Positions 26,819 through 36,487 of a stretch of DNA of 64,000 bases are shown piece after piece. How positions within the stretch are numbered: position 1 is the first letter of the stretch; every line of letters begins with the position of its first letter. The translations under genes and the position numbers were made by a program. The stretch spans positions 957-64,956 of the forward strand of contig JAVHSH010000023.1 in NCBI GenBank assembly GCA_036172095.1. Reading direction: 5' to 3'. Under the pieces are notes generated by a model. That model was not told the origin of the DNA. It ran no database searches and saw nothing but the letters and a program-made list of their open reading frames with translations. Source of the stretch: Patescibacteria group bacterium. Its GTDB lineage: Bacteria > Patescibacteriota > Microgenomatia > UBA1406 > GWC2-37-13.

Positions 26819-29017
26819 TTACAAAGGTATATCGGATGAAATATCTGCAGATGGTGTTCTTTTTAGAATCTCACGTGGCTTGCCACTTCCCGTTGCAGGT
26901 CCGATGAATCCTGCCGCTTCCATCTCATCGATTATTGCTGCTGCACGTGAGTACCCTATTTTTAATTTTCGCTGCAAAAAAGAGGTGGATGCTTTCCCGG
27001 ACTGTTGGACAATCTCTAAGGCTTGATTGAATAATGGGTCTTTGCCAGAAGCTCCCCCACTCCCACCGGAAATACCCCCAACAGTTATTCCTGGGTCGGT
27101 TTCCATGATTTCCTCTGTGTAGTGGACTTCAGGCGACTGTGCCCGAATAAATTTGGTCAATTCCAGCACTTCCTTTTCCGTGATGAATGGCCCTTGGATA
27201 CGACGAGGCTTTGCTTGGTCTGGAGGGAGGAAGAGCATATCTCCCTTTCCAAGAAGCTTTTCTGCGCCCGGCATATCGATGATGACACGTGAATCGACCA
27301 TAGAAGAAACATTAAACGCGAGACGCGCTGGGATATTCGCCTTCATAAGTCCTGTGATGACATCAACCGATGGACGCTGAGTCGCAAGGACCAAGTGGAT
27401 ACCGGTTGCACGAGCAAGTTGGGCAATACGGGTAATCAGTGTTTCCACATCGTTACCTGCGAATAACATAAGGTCAGCCAACTCATCAATGATGAATACG
27501 ATGAATGGCTTTTTCTCTATCCCTGGTATCTGATTGTAGCTTTCAAGATTACGTGCATGCACTGCGGCAAATTGTTTGTAGCGCTCCTGCATTTCATTTA
27601 CTGTCCATCGTAATGCACGAAGGGTGACTTCTGGTTCATTGATGACTGGGGTTAATAAATGAGGGATATTGTTATAAGGTGCCATCTCAACACGTTTTGG
27701 ATCGACAAGGATAAGTCTGAGCTCCTCAGGTCTTGTCCTAAATAAAATGGTGCTTATCCATGTGTTGATGATGACCGATTTACCAGAACCAGTCGTTCCC
27801 GCAATTAAGCAGTGAGGCATCTTCGCGATACTGGTGACCAGTGGCTTTCCGGAAACATCAAGTCCTAATGGCATCAGAAGCGGGTCTGGATTTTTCGTAA
27901 AAACATCGTCCTCAAGAAGACTTTTCAGTGTGACTATTTGAGACCGCTTGTTTGGAATTTCAATTCCGACTAAAGCGCGACCAGGAATTGGTGCTTCGAT
28001 ACGTACTTGTCCCGGCGCTGCGATTGCAAGTGCGAGGTCGTTTGAAAGTGCAGTAATACGTGACAAACGAGTTCCGCTTTTTATTTCAAGACCATATTGC
28101 GTTACTGCTGGACCTTTATTGTGTTCAACCACACGTGCAGAAATGCCAAAACTATCGAGCGTCTTTTCAATCATGTCGGCAATATAGTTGACGTCACCAC
28201 GATCTGCTTCCGCCTGTTTTATGTTACTCAGCAAATTGAGTGGCGGAAATACCCATGTGCCACCTGGTTGTGTGAGCGGTTTGATATAGAGCTCTTGAGA
28301 TGAGGTCGCTTGGACCGTGTGGGATTTCTGATTCCGTTCAGGCTCCGCTTCCCATTCTTCCAATGGTTGCCGTTTAACCTTCTCATCTTTGATATATTCT
28401 GTTACTGGGATTTCTTTTTTCTTCTCTTGAGTTTTTTGATCGGTGATAAATCCGTCGTTCTTTTTCTTATCCATCATTTTATGCAAGGCAGGATCACCCA
28501 ACGAACGGACCTTGGTGAATAAGGAGGAAAAAAATCCAACAATCGTAGCTGCTATCGCATCAATAGATGCATCAAAAAATAGAATAACGCCCACTCCTAG
28601 AATCGTGAGAAAAAAAACGAGAGACCCTATCGCGGAGATATATGAAGACAGTTTCGTAAAAAGAAAGTCTCCCCACATGCCTGATTTAAAAAGTCCTCCG
28701 AGAGATAAGAAAATGAAAAAGAGACCAATGGTGATATTGTATCCAAATAACTGTTTTTTAGAATGATTTATTATGTGGAGCGAAGCGAGAATAAGAAGTG
28801 CCGGCGCAAAATAGGAAAGGATGCCAAACCAACCCGTAAGGGAAGTTCTCATCGCGGCTAAAAGCATCCCTTCTCCAATCTGTCCGATTGGAAGGAGCGA
28901 TAACAACATCAAAATCCCCCCAGCAAACAGAATCAATCCAAACAGTAAATGTACTGTTCGAGCATTGACCTTTGCTTTCAAAAAGGGGATTTTAATAAGA
29001 GTTTTTTTTCGTGCCAT
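26819..29017 (-). CDS. ftsK: FtsK/SpoIIIE DNA translocase
   Basis: N-terminal TM helices, Walker A AGTTGSGKSV, Walker B FIIDELADLM, and a C-terminal gamma winged helix (ASTSFLQRKLKIGYSRAAAIIDEME). Confidence 0.9.
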   Translation of the reverse strand: MARKKTLIKIPFLKAKVNARTVHLLFGLILFAGGILMLLSLLPIGQIGEGMLLAAMRTSLTGWFGILSYFAPALLILASLHIINHSKKQLFGYNITIGLFFIFLSLGGLFKSGMWGDFLFTKLSSYISAIGSLVFFLTILGVGVILFFDASIDAIAATIVGFFSSLFTKVRSLGDPALHKMMDKKKNDGFITDQKTQEKKKEIPVTEYIKDEKVKRQPLEEWEAEPERNQKSHTVQATSSQELYIKPLTQPGGTWVFPPLNLLSNIKQAEADRGDVNYIADMIEKTLDSFGISARVVEHNKGPAVTQYGLEIKSGTRLSRITALSNDLALAIAAPGQVRIEAPIPGRALVGIEIPNKRSQIVTLKSLLEDDVFTKNPDPLLMPLGLDVSGKPLVTSIAKMPHCLIAGTTGSGKSVIINTWISTILFRTRPEELRLILVDPKRVEMAPYNNIPHLLTPVINEPEVTLRALRWTVNEMQERYKQFAAVHARNLESYNQIPGIEKKPFIVFIIDELADLMLFAGNDVETLITRIAQLARATGIHLVLATQRPSVDVITGLMKANIPARLAFNVSSMVDSRVIIDMPGAEKLLGKGDMLFLPPDQAKPRRIQGPFITEKEVLELTKFIRAQSPEVHYTEEIMETDPGITVGGISGGSGGASGKDPLFNQALEIVQQSGKASTSFLQRKLKIGYSRAAAIIDEMEAAGFIGPATGSGKPREILKRTPSADISSDIPL

Positions 29018-29025
29018 AACAACTC

Positions 29026-29055
29026 ATTCTAGTACATAATCTAGGTCTGCGTCAA
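29026..29055 (-). promoter_or_regulatory. Putative ftsK promoter
   Basis: On the minus strand: TTGACG, an 18-nt spacer and TAGAAT, then 8 nt to the ATG at 29017. Confidence 0.45.
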
Positions 29056-29072
29056 CTCAACTCGTGGCACAG

Positions 29073-31397
29073 TTATGACATGAGCTCTTTCAAAAAGTCA
29101 TCTTCGACTGGCTCTGGTTGTCTCCGGTCATTTCCTCGCATCGGAGGTCGTCTGTCATCACGATTGAATCGTGCTGGTGGTCGTCCACCTCCAGGTCCTG
29201 GTCGACTGAATGAATGTCTTGGTCTTCTTTCAAAGTCTGGTCGTCGTGGCGCTCCCATATCTGGCCCACCATGTGAGGGTGCGCCTGCTTGAGGCTCTTG
29301 TCCATCAGGACCGAACATCTGAAGATTTATGCGACCCATATTGTCGATTTCCATGACCTTGACTTTTACTTTTTGGCCAACGGAAACAACTTCTGCAGGA
29401 TCTTTTACAAATCCCCTTCCCATTTTGGAAACATGGACTAGTCCATCTTTGCCAGGAATACATTCAACGAATGCTCCGAATGGGGCAATTCGTTTAACCT
29501 CTCCTTCAAATATTTCTCCAATTTGGATTTCACGTGTCATATTATCAATCATCTTGGCAGCCATATCGACATTTGCTTTATCGATTCCGCTGATTGTGAC
29601 TCGTCCATCGTCACCGACATTAATATCTGTGTTGGTTTGTGCAATGAGTGCACGAATGTTCTTACCTCCAGGTCCTATGATTTCTCCAATCTTATCTTGT
29701 GGAGGAGTAATCACTATGACTTTTGGAGCAAACTTTGAGACGGTGTCTCGTGGTTTGCTGATTGCTGCATTCATATTCGCCAATATCTTAAGTCTTGCTA
29801 CCTTGGCACGAGTAATGGCTTCATGCATCATAGGAGTCGTCAGACCCATATTCTTGACATCAAGCTGAATCGCTGTGATTCCCGTTTCCGTTCCCGCAAT
29901 CTTGAAATCCATTTCTCCAGAGAAATCTTCTATTCCCATGATGTCTGTGAGAACCACATATTCATCATCGGTTTTGGAGACTATTCCCATCGCGATTCCT
30001 GCAACAGGTGCCTTAATCGGAACTCCTGCATCCATAAGGGCAAGAGTTGAAGCGCATGTTGATGCTTGTGAGGTAGATCCGTTTGAGGAAAGGACTTCTG
30101 ATGCGACACGAATCGTGTAAGGAAAATCCTTTTGAGAAGGAAGGACAGGTTCAAGCGCTTTTTCGGCCAAAGCTCCATGTCCTATTTCACGACGAGATGG
30201 GAATCCAAATCGACCTGTTTCTCCAACTGAGTATGGAGGCATAAAATAGTGATGAATATATCTTTTTGCTTCCTCACCTTCTGGACTTTCAATAAGCTGT
30301 TCCAGACTTGGTGCACCAAGTGTCACGATTGACATAACTTGTGTGTCGCCTCGTGAGAACAATGAAGACCCGTGAATTCTAGGAAGTACGCCAACCTCAG
30401 ATGAGAGTTCTCGCACTTCATCAATTCCTCGGCCATCAACTCTCTTTTTCAAGAGAATATTGTCTCGGATGACTTGTTTTGTCATATAATCAACTGCTTT
30501 TGCAATTGTTTTCTTATCGAACTCATCTGCATGTTTTTCTGAAATCGCATTGACGACTTCTTCAACAGCTGCTTTATCTTCAAACTCTTTCTTTGCCTTT
30601 TGAGCAACGAGATTATCTATTTCTTTCTTAAACTCCTTTTTTAGGATGAGAAGCAATTTTTCATCAACTGCTGAGTCAGATGCTGTTTCTTTTGTATTTC
30701 CAACTGCTTTTGCAAATTCGTTAATGAATGAAATGAGCTTTACATTTTCTTCTTTTGCAATCTCGAGTCCTTTTTCTATATCAGCTTCACCGATTTCCTC
30801 AGCACGTGTCTCTATCATGACAACCTTCTTCTCAGAAGACGACACAACAAGGTCAAGCATCGAAAATTTTTGATCTTCCTCTGTTGGATTGGCGATAAAT
30901 GTCAATTCACCATTGCGGATTGCTCCGACACGGGAAGTTGCTATTGGGCCTTTCCATGGGATTGAGGAAGCATGTAATGCTGCTGTTACAGTGAGTGCAG
31001 ATAGGATATCAGGTGAGTTCACTCCGTCAACGGAGAGCAACGTGATAATTATCTGTACAGTATTCTTATACCCTTTTGGGAAAAGAGGTCGGATAGATCT
31101 GTCAATGAGACGTCCAGTAAGGACGGCTTCATCAGATGGTTTTCCTTCGCGCTTGACCCAACGGGAACCTTTAATGCGTCCACCGGCATACAGTTTTTCT
31201 GCATACTCGATTTGGAGTGGAAAATAATCCAAGTCTTCTCGGACTCCGCCCGCAACCACTGTTACGAGAACTGTTGTGTCGCCCATGCGACCTAATACAG
31301 CAATTGTTGCTGCCTTTGCTAATTTACCTGTCTGAAAAGACAGTGTACGTTTTGTTTGCTCGTTTCCAAGTTCGAGGCTTTTTTCTATAACTTTCAT
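29073..31397 (-). CDS. pnp: Polynucleotide phosphorylase with Arg/Pro/Gly-rich C-terminal tail
   Basis: Two RNase PH domains, a KH domain (GPGGKNIRAL) and an S1 domain (GEIFEGEVKRIAPFGAFVE), followed by a 79-aa low-complexity tail. Confidence 0.9.
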   Translation of the reverse strand: MKVIEKSLELGNEQTKRTLSFQTGKLAKAATIAVLGRMGDTTVLVTVVAGGVREDLDYFPLQIEYAEKLYAGGRIKGSRWVKREGKPSDEAVLTGRLIDRSIRPLFPKGYKNTVQIIITLLSVDGVNSPDILSALTVTAALHASSIPWKGPIATSRVGAIRNGELTFIANPTEEDQKFSMLDLVVSSSEKKVVMIETRAEEIGEADIEKGLEIAKEENVKLISFINEFAKAVGNTKETASDSAVDEKLLLILKKEFKKEIDNLVAQKAKKEFEDKAAVEEVVNAISEKHADEFDKKTIAKAVDYMTKQVIRDNILLKKRVDGRGIDEVRELSSEVGVLPRIHGSSLFSRGDTQVMSIVTLGAPSLEQLIESPEGEEAKRYIHHYFMPPYSVGETGRFGFPSRREIGHGALAEKALEPVLPSQKDFPYTIRVASEVLSSNGSTSQASTCASTLALMDAGVPIKAPVAGIAMGIVSKTDDEYVVLTDIMGIEDFSGEMDFKIAGTETGITAIQLDVKNMGLTTPMMHEAITRAKVARLKILANMNAAISKPRDTVSKFAPKVIVITPPQDKIGEIIGPGGKNIRALIAQTNTDINVGDDGRVTISGIDKANVDMAAKMIDNMTREIQIGEIFEGEVKRIAPFGAFVECIPGKDGLVHVSKMGRGFVKDPAEVVSVGQKVKVKVMEIDNMGRINLQMFGPDGQEPQAGAPSHGGPDMGAPRRPDFERRPRHSFSRPGPGGGRPPARFNRDDRRPPMRGNDRRQPEPVEDDFLKELMS

Positions 31398-31507
31398 ATG
31401 GTAGGAATGAATGAATAAATAAATTGAATTAATGCCACAATAATATGGTGATATCTCTATAATACAACACGAAGAACAATGAAAGCAAAAATATACTACT
31501 CTGTTGG

Positions 31508-31777
31508 TTATTTTTTGAGACCGATTTGTTCGATAAGTTTTTTATAGCGTTTTTCGTCAAGTTTTTGAAGATAATTAAGGATTCTTCGTCTTTTCGCGAT
31601 GACCTTCAAAAGGCCACGACGAGAATGATTATCCTTGTTATTCTCTGTTAAATGCTCTGTTAATCTAAGAATTTTATGGGTAAGAAGAGCGGACTGTACT
31701 TCTGGTGAACCAGTGTCGCCATCCTTCTGGGCGAACATTTCAATTAGCTTCTGTTTATCGTCTGGCAATTTTTTCAT
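31508..31777 (-). CDS. rpsO: Ribosomal protein uS15
   Basis: 89 aa with GDTGSPEVQSALLT and DNHSRRGLLKVIAKRRRILNYL. Shows the classic rpsO-pnp linkage. Confidence 0.9.
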   Translation of the reverse strand: MKKLPDDKQKLIEMFAQKDGDTGSPEVQSALLTHKILRLTEHLTENNKDNHSRRGLLKVIAKRRRILNYLQKLDEKRYKKLIEQIGLKK

Positions 31778-31785
31778 AAGAACCT

Positions 31786-31814
31786 ATTATAATAAATCAC
31801 ATATGAAGTTGCAA
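31786..31814 (-). promoter_or_regulatory. Putative rpsO promoter
   Basis: On the minus strand: TTGCAA, a 17-nt spacer and TATAAT, then 8 nt to the ATG at 31777. Confidence 0.5.
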
Positions 31815-32093
31815 TATCTATTTCTCCCGGTGATTTTATGGACAATAGTCGCCTATTTCTTCATAAGTATCACTCCTTCTTCGCTTCCGATTGTCCTCTC
31901 TTTCATTTCCATAATAGCATCCGCTTTGTTCCTAACTCTTCGCATCTTCATCAAAACAAGGATCCCTCTCATTGTCGCAAGCGCGCTCTATTTGTTTTTG
32001 CTTAGTAGCGTGTTATCAGGCTTTTCGTTCATCAATCTCGTTTTAATAATCGCCATAGCCATTCTTGTGTCATCACTAATCACTAGTCACTAA
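31803..32093 (+). CDS. Small hydrophobic membrane protein (hypothetical)
   Basis: The internal ATG of the 31635..32093 ORF gives a 96-aa product (MKLQYLFLPVILWTIVAYFF...) with 3-4 TM helices. The upstream part of that ORF is antisense to rpsO. Confidence 0.35.
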   Translation: MKLQYLFLPVILWTIVAYFFISITPSSLPIVLSFISIIASALFLTLRIFIKTRIPLIVASALYLFLLSSVLSGFSFINLVLIIAIAILVSSLITSH

Positions 32094-32108
32094 CCACTAA
32101 TCACTGTA
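32074..32108. repeat. Five tandem heptads CACTAAT-CACTAGT-CACTAAC-CACTAAT-CACTGTA
   Basis: Read directly from the sequence. The repeat spans the 3' end and stop of the small ORF and runs into the metG -10 element. Confidence 0.8.
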
Positions 32109-32112
32109 TAAT
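32107..32112 (+). promoter_or_regulatory. Putative metG -10 element
   Basis: TATAAT followed by 7 nt (ATTCTTT) and the ATG at 32120. The -35 position reads TAGTCA. Confidence 0.35.
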
Positions 32113-32119
32113 ATTCTTT

Positions 32120-33526
32120 ATGTCAAAAAATAAATATATTACAACGACTCTTCCATACGTCAACGCAGATCCCCATATCGGATTCGCCCTTGAGATAGTG
32201 CAAGCTGATGTCATCGCGCGTTCCTGGAAACAGCAAGGGTACAAAGTCGTGTTCAATACGGGAACTGATGAACATGGACAAAAAATCTATCAGAAAGCAC
32301 TGGAAGCTGGAAAAGATACAAAGGTATACTGTGATGAATATGCAAAGAAATTCGATAATCTTAAGGAGGCGCTCAATCTTTCCTACACACACTTCATTCG
32401 TACGACTGACGAACATCATATACAAGCCGCACAGGAATTTTGGGATCGTTGTCTTGCTCACGGAGATATCTACAAAAAAAATTATCAGACAAAGTATTGC
32501 GTCGGGTGCGAGCTTGAAAAAACAGACTCCGAACTTATTGATGGGCAATGTCCTCTCCATCCAAAAAATACTATCGAATTGAGGAATGAAGAGAATTATT
32601 TTTTCGCTTTCTCGAAATTTCAAAAACCTCTTCTTGATTTATATGAAACAAACAAGGAATTTGTCCTTCCGGAATCGAAGTTCAACGAAATAAAACAGTT
32701 TGTTGCCGGAGGATTACAGGATTTCAGTATTTCCCGTTTGAAGGAGAAGATGCCCTGGGGTATCCCTGTCCCGCATGACCCGCAGCATGTCATGTATGTG
32801 TGGTTTGATGCCCTCATCAACTATATTTCAACGGTCGGTTGGCCACAGGAAGAATGGAAAAATTGGTGGCCAGGAATTCAGGTTGCCGGAAAAGATAATC
32901 TAAGACAACAATCTGCCATGTGGCAAGCGATGCTTCTTTCAGCTCAAGTACCTTTGTCAAAACAAATAATAATCCATGGATTCATAACGGCGAATGGCCA
33001 AAAAATGAGTAAGAGCTTGGGCAATGTCGTCAATCCGTTTGATGTAATCACAAAATACGGAACAGATGCTGTCCGTTATTATCTGCTCCGCGAAATACCG
33101 ACACTTGATGATGGGAACTTTTCTGAAATCCGTATGAAAGAACTATATAACTCGGATCTTGCGAATGAGCTGGGAAACTGCGTTTCTCGCATTTCAACTC
33201 TAGCTGCAACCGATTCGCTTGTCGTCGAAAACAATAACGCTCCGCTTGCGGAAGATATTGCGCATATAGAAAAGTTCCAGTTAAACGAAATATTGGTCTC
33301 TGTTTGGGAAGAAGTAAAATCCCTGAATAAGAACATCAATGAGTTTGAGCCATGGAATAAAGCAGCCGACATACGTCATGATTTTCTGGTTGAATCCGTG
33401 AAAAAGCTTAATAGTATTGGAGTGCGACTTGTCCCCTTTTTACCAACAACAGCTGGTCTTATCGTAAAAGGGACTAATGGGACAATTAAAAAGGTCCCCC
33501 CATTGTTCCCTCGATTAGCAAAATGA
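32120..33526 (+). CDS. metG: Methionyl-tRNA synthetase (short form, no C-terminal tRNA-binding domain)
   Basis: PYVNADPHIGF (HIGH), KMSKS, and a Cys knuckle CVGCE...CPLH. Confidence 0.9.
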   Translation: MSKNKYITTTLPYVNADPHIGFALEIVQADVIARSWKQQGYKVVFNTGTDEHGQKIYQKALEAGKDTKVYCDEYAKKFDNLKEALNLSYTHFIRTTDEHHIQAAQEFWDRCLAHGDIYKKNYQTKYCVGCELEKTDSELIDGQCPLHPKNTIELRNEENYFFAFSKFQKPLLDLYETNKEFVLPESKFNEIKQFVAGGLQDFSISRLKEKMPWGIPVPHDPQHVMYVWFDALINYISTVGWPQEEWKNWWPGIQVAGKDNLRQQSAMWQAMLLSAQVPLSKQIIIHGFITANGQKMSKSLGNVVNPFDVITKYGTDAVRYYLLREIPTLDDGNFSEIRMKELYNSDLANELGNCVSRISTLAATDSLVVENNNAPLAEDIAHIEKFQLNEILVSVWEEVKSLNKNINEFEPWNKAADIRHDFLVESVKKLNSIGVRLVPFLPTTAGLIVKGTNGTIKKVPPLFPRLAK

Positions 33527-35715
33527 AGAAAAAACTTACCATCACATTTGTTTTATTATTTATTTCTCTTATTGGGATCACTATTGGTATCTACTATTTT
33601 GTTTTTCATGACCTTCCATCTGCATCTTCTCTCCGCAACCTGAAAGCGATTCCATTTTCGACGCACATGTATGACAGAAATGGAAAACTCCTCTATGAAA
33701 TTTATAAGGACCAAAATCGGACACCTGTTAAGCTTAAAGATTTAAAACCATATATTTATCAAGCAGCGGTTGCAATTGAAGATAAGGATTTTTATAAGCA
33801 TCAAGGTGTATCATTTACCTCAGGAATTTTACGTGCCTTGAAAGAAATAGTCTTTCGCCAAAGCCTGCAAGGTGGCTCTACAATTACTCAACAGTTGGTC
33901 AAAAACGCCCTTTTATCTTCTGAACGAACCATTAGAAGAAAACTTCGGGAAATAGTGCTGGCAATCAGTGTAGAAAAGCAGTTTGATAAACAGGAGATTC
34001 TGGAGATGTATATCAACCAAGTACCCTATGGCGGCGCTGCCTATGGCATCGAAGAAGCTTCACGAACATTTTTCGGAAAGCATGCTAAAGACCTTCGGAT
34101 CGATGAAGCCGCTTTGCTTGCTGGCCTTCCGCAAGCACCTTCACGGTATTCCCCTTATGTGAACCCTCAGTATACTATCGCCCGAAGAGATGAGGTTATC
34201 CAGCAGATGCGGGAACAAAAATATATATCTGAACAAGAAAAAAAAGATGCACTTGCACGTCCACTTGCGGTGATTCCGCTTAAAACGATTATGCATGCGC
34301 CCCATTTCGTATTTTATGTAAAATCCCTTCTTGAAAAAGAATATGGAGCGGACATGGTCGAACAAGGCGGATTGAAGGTCACAACAACACTTGATCTTGA
34401 TATCCAGGAAAAGGCGGAGGAAATTGTCCGAAATGAAATCGAAAATCTAGTCAATCTTGATGTCTCAAATGGAGCAGTGTTGATAACCCGGCCGCCAACA
34501 GGCGAAATACTTGCGATGGTCGGCTCTTCAGATTATTACGCAACAGCGTCAGGAACATTCAACGTTACAACAGCCTTACGCCAACCAGGAAGTTCAATCA
34601 AACCTCTCAATTATGCAGTCGGCATCGATAGGAAATTGGTGACTGCAGGAACGGTGTTCCTCGATATCCCAACTTGTTTTACGGCAGACGGGCAACCCGG
34701 TTCATACTGTCCTGTCAATTATGATGGACAGTTCCATGGCCCATCACAACTGAGATTCGCTTTAGGGAACTCATTGAATATCCCTGCGGTGAAAATGCTT
34801 GCGGTGAATGGCGTAAAGGATTTTATCGCTTCAGCTTCCGCTTTCACAATCAGCTCATTCGATGATCCAACCCGCTATGGACTTTCACTTACACTTGGAG
34901 GAGGAGAAGTTCGTATGACGGAAATGGCCCAGGCATTCTCAACATTTGCAAACCAAGGTATTCCCCGAAAACTAAATCAGATATTGAAAGTAGAGGATAG
35001 ATTTGGGAAAGTGTTATATACCTTTAAGGATACGAACTTCGTCCAAGACGTCAAGAAGGCTATCCCTGCTCCATCCGCCTTGTCGATTCCAGGTAAACAT
35101 GCTATTTCCAAGGAGACTTCCTATATTATCTCCCACATCCTTCTTGATGACAATGCGCGATCGGCAGCGTTTGGTGCCGGTTCCTATCTCGTCATTCCAG
35201 GAAGAGCCGTATCCGTAAAAACAGGTACAACAGATGATAAGAAAGACAACTGGACAATCGGATATACGCCGAATTTCCTAACGGCAGTGTGGGTCGGGAA
35301 TAATGACAATTCACCAATGAATCCCGCACTAACATCCGGCGTCACTGGCGCAGCCCCTATTTGGAATAAAATTATGAAGTCACTGCTGAAAGATCAGTCA
35401 GATTTATGGCCAATCAAACCCGAGACAGTGATAGGCAAACAGGTCTGTAATGATTCCGGTAGCGAAATGACGAAGGGAGATGACGGAAAAGAAAGTTGTT
35501 CAGCACGATATGAATATTTCATAAAAGGCACCGAACCAAAAGGGGGCGGAACCATTCGCCAGTCTGTTCCCATCAATAAGGATACCGACAAACTTGCAAG
35601 TCCCACAGATACGAATGTCGAGAACAGAGATAAGACCATCATTAAGGACATGTTCTCAAGCTATTGTGTGGACTGTAATCATGACAAAGATCCGTACTCC
35701 ATTGTAAGGCTTTGA
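33523..35715 (+). CDS. Class A penicillin-binding protein (GT51 transglycosylase + transpeptidase)
   Basis: EDKDFYKHQG, GGSTITQQLVKN, GSSIKP (SxxK), SLN and KTGTT. The ATGA overlaps the metG stop. Confidence 0.85.
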   Translation: MKKKLTITFVLLFISLIGITIGIYYFVFHDLPSASSLRNLKAIPFSTHMYDRNGKLLYEIYKDQNRTPVKLKDLKPYIYQAAVAIEDKDFYKHQGVSFTSGILRALKEIVFRQSLQGGSTITQQLVKNALLSSERTIRRKLREIVLAISVEKQFDKQEILEMYINQVPYGGAAYGIEEASRTFFGKHAKDLRIDEAALLAGLPQAPSRYSPYVNPQYTIARRDEVIQQMREQKYISEQEKKDALARPLAVIPLKTIMHAPHFVFYVKSLLEKEYGADMVEQGGLKVTTTLDLDIQEKAEEIVRNEIENLVNLDVSNGAVLITRPPTGEILAMVGSSDYYATASGTFNVTTALRQPGSSIKPLNYAVGIDRKLVTAGTVFLDIPTCFTADGQPGSYCPVNYDGQFHGPSQLRFALGNSLNIPAVKMLAVNGVKDFIASASAFTISSFDDPTRYGLSLTLGGGEVRMTEMAQAFSTFANQGIPRKLNQILKVEDRFGKVLYTFKDTNFVQDVKKAIPAPSALSIPGKHAISKETSYIISHILLDDNARSAAFGAGSYLVIPGRAVSVKTGTTDDKKDNWTIGYTPNFLTAVWVGNNDNSPMNPALTSGVTGAAPIWNKIMKSLLKDQSDLWPIKPETVIGKQVCNDSGSEMTKGDDGKESCSARYEYFIKGTEPKGGGTIRQSVPINKDTDKLASPTDTNVENRDKTIIKDMFSSYCVDCNHDKDPYSIVRL

Positions 35716-35724
35716 TTCCCTCGC

Positions 35725-36465
35725 TTAAATTTTGAAAAGTGTCCCGACAAAATATGCTACGACAGCGGCAGTCCCTCCAAGAAATAGTGTTTCTCCGACA
35801 CTGCGAATGAAGCTTTGTTTTCCCACTTTCCAACGAAGAGCTCCCAAAAGAATGAGCGCTGCGGCTGCGGCACAAGTTGACATAAAGAAAAGTGTTGTAC
35901 CTCTAAAAAAAACATATGGAATCAAAGGAATAAAACCAAAAACTATAAATGAAAAAAAAGTCGCAAGCGACATCAAAATTGGATTATCGCTTTCTGGATT
36001 TGGCAGTTCCAATTCCTGATTCATCATGAAGTCGACCCAATATTTATCGTTAGTCATATAGATGGTAATCAAATCCTCAGCCTGTTTTCTTGAAAATCCC
36101 TTATCCACCAAAATTTCAATCGATTCTTGCTTTTCCATTTCGGTATTATGGATGATTTCATGCGATTCTCTCCCTTTTTCAGTATTGTAAACGTCTTGTT
36201 CAGATCGTATCGAGAGAAAGTTGCCGAGCGCCATGGACACACCATCAGCAAATAAATTGGCAAATCCAAATATTAAAACAGTTAGGACCGGGAGCTGCCC
36301 GGCGATATTCGCTTGTGCTCCGGCAAACCCTGCAACGACAGCGAAGGTCGTAACAATCCCATCATTTCCCCCATAGACGATTTCCTTCAAATATACCGTA
36401 AGGGGTGTCATCTTATGTTCTTCCGCAAGATGTTTATGTAAGTCGAATGTATGTGTAGTTGTCAT
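35725..36465 (-). CDS. VIT1/CCC1-family Fe/Mn transporter
   Basis: VYGGNDGIVTTFAVVAG, a central cytoplasmic acidic helix region, and C-terminal TM helices. The ATG at 36465 is preferred over the TTG at 36471. Confidence 0.7.
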   Translation of the reverse strand: MTTTHTFDLHKHLAEEHKMTPLTVYLKEIVYGGNDGIVTTFAVVAGFAGAQANIAGQLPVLTVLIFGFANLFADGVSMALGNFLSIRSEQDVYNTEKGRESHEIIHNTEMEKQESIEILVDKGFSRKQAEDLITIYMTNDKYWVDFMMNQELELPNPESDNPILMSLATFFSFIVFGFIPLIPYVFFRGTTLFFMSTCAAAAALILLGALRWKVGKQSFIRSVGETLFLGGTAAVVAYFVGTLFKI

Positions 36466-36472
36466 AGACAAA

Positions 36473-36487
36473 AGTATATACTATAGT
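36473..36487. promoter_or_regulatory. Back-to-back -10 elements in the VIT1/hypothetical divergent gap
   Basis: Minus-strand TATACT (36478-36473) lies 7 nt before the ATG at 36465. Plus-strand TATAGT (36482-36487) lies 6 nt before the ATG at 36494. Confidence 0.35.

Noticed and set aside
29080-29868. Antisense ORFs over pnp (29080..29292, 29329..29868), and similar long shadows over rsmH (20513..21022), lon (59749..60297) and korA/ferredoxin (62346..62966)
   Set aside because: All lie opposite strongly supported conserved genes. Their translations are Ser/Pro/Cys-rich or hydrophobic nonsense typical of shadow frames, and the pnp tail region is locally GC-rich, which suppresses stop codons.
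31398-31507. RNase III-type regulatory hairpin or ncRNA in the rpsO-pnp intergenic region
   Set aside because: It was expected by analogy with E. coli, but I could not find a convincing extended inverted repeat by hand in these 110 nt. A folding program would be needed.
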